This document shows positions 60,834 to 64,000 of a stretch of DNA of 64,000 nucleotides, one piece after another. The DNA is from an uncultured Gemmatimonadales bacterium (GTDB taxonomy: Bacteria; Gemmatimonadota; Gemmatimonadetes; Gemmatimonadales; GWC2-71-9), in the NCBI GenBank assembly GCA_963695555.1, contig CAVOGR010000012.1, positions 29,743 to 93,742 on the forward strand, given 5' to 3'. Below the pieces are notes generated by a model that was not told where the DNA came from, searched no databases, and saw nothing but the letters and a program-made list of their open reading frames with translations. The position numbers and the translations under genes are program-made. Numbering within the stretch: the first letter of the stretch is position 1; every line of letters starts with the position of its first letter.

Positions 60834-61443
60834 CTACTTGATCAGGTAGTGATGGAAACCGATGGCCGCCTCGAGGGTCGCTCAACGGCACCCCCTCATC
60901 ACCGAAGAGGGCGTTGGCCCGCACCGACAGTCGACGAAGTCGTCCGAAGCGCGAAGATCTCGGCGCCACCGCCGAACACCAGGATCGAGGCCATCGCGAT
61001 GCGGGTCGCCAGACCGGGGCGCGCTCTCGGAGGGGCGGTAGAGCCCGAGCCCCGCCACCATATACTGCGAGTGGCCCTGTCCACGGTTGAAGTAGCGCAG
61101 GTACTCGAGCGTGGTGTTGGCGAGCTTGAGCTCGTGGGGACGGTCGTCTGGACCGATCTGCGCGATCGCGCTGCATCGGCCCCGAACGTCTGGCTCTCGA
61201 ACGAGAGCCGAGCGCGTGCGGACCACCCAGCGCATAGCGCAGGCGGATGGCGAAGCCCGGGACCGTCGATCGTACTCCTCGGCGAAGCTCGATGGACCGG
61301 CGATCATGCCGTACTGGGCCTGGATGCCCACGCAGGGTCCCCGGCCGCTCCTGGGCCAGGCCCGGGACGGTGGTGCTGAGGATCAGGAGCAGGGGGAAGC
61401 CGACCAGGATCCAGCGGGGGATTCTCGTGCTGCGTCCCTGCAT
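60834..61443 (-). CDS. Small outer-membrane beta-barrel protein (frameshifted)
   Basis: Signal peptide; strands GIQAQYG, LEYLRYF, YMVAGLGLY, VFGGGAEIF, C-terminal IGFHHY. Confidence 0.6.
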
Positions 61444-61554
61444 GCAATGCTCTCCAGGCGGACCGTGTTGCGCGAGGTCGCCTGCCGGTCCGCGCGGCAC
61501 GCGACGGGGGGATGGATGGATCGCTGCTCGCCGAGCCGCGCTGCGATCCCGCCT

Positions 61555-62340
61555 CTAGCCGCGGGGGTGGTAGCGAGAGTGCACCTCCTTCAGATACTCG
61601 CGCTCGACCTGCGTGTAGATCTGCGTGGTGGTGATCGACGCATGACCCAGAAGCTCCTGGACCACCCGCAGATCGGCTCCGCGGGCGAGAAGATGGGTCG
61701 CGAACGAGTGTCGCAGCATGTGCGGGCTCACCGCCCGACCAAGGCCGGCCCGGCTGGGCGTGCACGGCGCAGGAGATCCCAGACTCCGGCGCGCGACATG
61801 CGGTTGCCGCGATGGTTGAGGAAGATCTCCCGGCCGGTCCCCCGGCTCCTGAGTTGCGGGCGGCCGCGCTCGAGGTACTCGGCCAATGCCCGTGCTGCTG
61901 GCTCGCCCATCGGTACCGCGCGCTCGCGGCCTCCCTTGCCCAGACACACGACGTAGCGCTCATCGAGGTTCACGGCGCCGAGCGCGAGGCCGACGAGCTC
62001 CGAACACCCCAGGCCGGTCGCGTAGAGGAGCTCGATCGCGGCCCGATCGCGCAGCCCGAGCGGTGTGCGCGTATTGGGGGTGTCGACCAGGGCGAGCACC
62101 TCGGCCTCGCTGAGCACGCGCGGCACTCGCCGGGTGAGCCGCGGCCGTCCGACCTGTTCCGCCGGGCTCGCCGTGATCGTGCCCTCGGTGGACAGGTAGC
62201 GGAGAAATCCGCGCAGCGAGGACAGGTGGCGGGCGACCGAGCTTGCTGCCAGACCGCGCCCGCTCAGCCGCGCGAGATGCTGCGCCAGCTGCTCGTAGCG
62301 CAGCCCGCCGAGCGGCCAGGCGGACCGGATGCCGGCGGAA
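61555..62340 (-). CDS. xerD: Tyrosine recombinase XerD (5'-truncated, frameshifted)
   Basis: [71 protein letters not shown]. Confidence 0.88.
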
Positions 62341-63306
62341 CGCTTTTACCGGGTCCTGTTCTGTCTGCTCGAACATCTGCAGGTTCATTTTTACCGCCGA
62401 CATGGGGTTTCTGATCTCATGGGCAAGTGATCCGGCCTGTTTTGCAAGTGCCTTTAATTTCTTTGTTTCATGAATTTTTTTTCCAAGCGCAATTCGCTGA
62501 CTGATGTCCCTGCAGATACCGATCTCCGCGGGTTGGTTTTCAAATGTTAAGTGTTTGGCAATGATTTCCGTCGGGAGCCGACGGCCGTCCTTGTATTGCC
62601 TTAAGTATTCAATCCTGCTGGGAGTAATTTTTCCCGGTCAGGCTTGACCTGTATGCAGATTTAACTGTTTCATAGGATTCAGGGGCAACAAAATCCAGGA
62701 AATCCGATTTGAGGATACTGTTCAGAGAACACCCGTGCATCTGGGCAAAAGAACGATTTGCAAACGCAATCTTCCCCTTGACCACAACAAAATAACCGTC
62801 ATTGATATCTTCCACCAGTGTTTTGTATTTTTGCTCGGACTGTGCCAGTCTTTGGTCCTCCTGATGACCTCTTTTTCCAGGAATTCAGCATGAGACTTAA
62901 TAAATTCATCATGTATGTTTTGGAAAAACTCACTGAATCGGGTAATGGTAAATACCATACATTCCTGAAGACGAAGCATTTGTGTACAAAGAACATCGCT
63001 TTTCATATGTTTTATCATCAGAGGAATGAGAATCCGGCGATAGATTTCAAAGGTCTTCTGAACATCCGACACTTTAAATCCCTGGGCAAATCTTTTATGG
63101 GCAATACTGGTGATAAAGCAATCAAGCTGTTTCCATTGGCCTGAAATCAGCACCTCATAAAACCCTTCAGCGGCTTCTTCCAAAAGGGGGAGCAGTTCCT
63201 GTTCTGATTTTTATAGTAGCTGCTGTCAGGGTCGCTTGCTCATGGCCTGATACCAATCGTTTACAATACCTTCACGATTTTGTTCCAATATGGTTTTCAG
63301 TTTCAT
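62340..63306 (-). CDS. Histidine kinase with RsbRD_N-like, PAS and HisKA domains (frameshifted, 3'-truncated)
   Basis: GAGGTG RBS; MKLKTILEQNREGIVNDW; IAHKRFAQGF..SDVQK; PAS DGYFVV..GKIAFAN; LAHEIRNPMSAVKMNLQ, then joins unrelated GC-rich xerD sequence. Confidence 0.78.
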
Positions 63307-63402
63307 TTCTCACCTCAAGTATGCTCAGTCTCTTTTGTCCGGCTGATCAGGTAATGTCTTCCTGTTTATCAAAATCAGGACTGACGAACAAGCATAAGGA
63401 CC

Positions 63403-63451
63403 ATTTGAAAGAAACTTTCAGATTTGATTTGAAATAAACTTTCAAATCAAA
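63403..63451. promoter_or_regulatory. Tandem palindromic operator/UAS sites in a divergent promoter region
   Basis: ATTTGAAAgaaacTTTCAGAT and ATTTGAAAtaaacTTTCAAAT, 24-bp period; the second lies within a perfect 12-bp inverted repeat. Confidence 0.6.
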
Positions 63452-63798
63452 ACACATAAAATTAAATAAATATATAAATAACAGTATGTTATCCAATGGC
63501 ATAAATATTGCTGCCTATAACAACAGGTTAACAAAAAAAGATATTTTTAATAATAGCGGAAATGGAGAAATTATCTCAAGATCGTGGAAAAACCGACACC
63601 CTTTAAATTCCCTTTTCTTGAGGCAAATGGCCAAGGTGATCCAATCGCAAGGTGTCTTAGCGTTCGTGTGCTTTATCAGATTTGTATATCCGTAAACGCG
63701 GATATTGAAATAGCAAGCGAGGGCATGGTCCCTTGCATTAACTGTCTCCTACAACGTCAAAGGAGATATAAACCTAACACCCATAAGGAGGAAGCCTA

Positions 63799-64000
63799 AT
63801 GAAAATCAAAGCTGCAGTCGCGCGAGAAACGGGAAAACCATTTAAAATTGAGGAAATCGAATTAGATGAGCCCAGAGATGATGAGGTAATCGTGCGTATC
63901 GCGGGCACCGGGATTTGCCACACGGATTTCTTTCCGTGGCAGGGAGGGGTCTCCTGCCCCGTTTCCAGCCGTATACGGCCATGAGGGGTCAGGTGTCGTA
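63799..64000 (+). CDS. Zn-dependent alcohol dehydrogenase (aryl-alcohol dehydrogenase-like), 5' part
   Basis: KAAVARE.G.PF.IEEIEL..PR.DEV.VRI...GICHTD; GHEGSGVV after a frameshift near 63958; AAGGAGG RBS. Confidence 0.88.

Noticed and set aside
48705..62340. Mass pseudogenisation of the second segment
   Set aside because: Indels hit nearly all genes including xerD, while catalytic motifs stay conserved and compensating indels occur. This indicates a low-quality consensus rather than decay.
63226..63228. In-frame TGA in the kinase gene as selenocysteine
   Set aside because: A TAA follows four codons later in that frame and the protein continues in another frame, so this is a frameshift artefact.
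63721..63737. Sigma-54 promoter before the ADH gene
   Set aside because: GG and GC are separated by 11 nt instead of 10. Not listed as a feature unless an indel is shown.
1..64000. CRISPR array, rRNA, IS/transposase, phage structural genes
   Set aside because: No regularly spaced repeat-spacer units or recognisable motifs seen. The TVNG/VDGD repeats at 27-29 kb are protein-level DUF4097 repeats.

Overview
The window looks like three unrelated pieces joined together. (1) About 1-46,820 is a clean, high-GC chromosomal segment whose gene content suggests Gemmatimonadota (inference). It carries acnA, a RpoD/SigA-family sigma factor, pntAB, pflX/TIGR03545/TIGR03546, thrBC, ettA, argE/aguBA, hutUI, an ECF sigma/anti-sigma/DUF4097 operon and three tRNAs. 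It also has a peroxiredoxin split by an in-frame UGA at the catalytic Cys position (probable selenoprotein) and an orphan RRE/lasso-B2 peptidase/HprK-like kinase/nucleotidyltransferase operon. The most striking part is a ~12 kb putative low-oxygen island: a Cyc2-like cytochrome-porin, a cytochrome c, two USPs, a DosS-like GAF kinase with an OmpR-type regulator, a P1B-5 ATPase, a ba3-type oxidase and a KamA-family enzyme. Its promoters share an 11-bp-period TGAAG repeat. (2) About 46,820-62,340 is a very GC-rich, indel-ridden segment with a dif site, Hpt, MarR, UDP-glucuronate decarboxylase, WecA-like, GH57, TPR, an inactive M3-like peptidase, a YqhG/YqhH-like SNF2 pair and xerD. (3) About 62,340-64,000 is an AT-richer segment with a truncated PAS histidine kinase and the start of a Zn alcohol dehydrogenase. 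No CRISPR array, rRNA or transposase was seen. All family calls come from motif recognition by eye, with no database searches.
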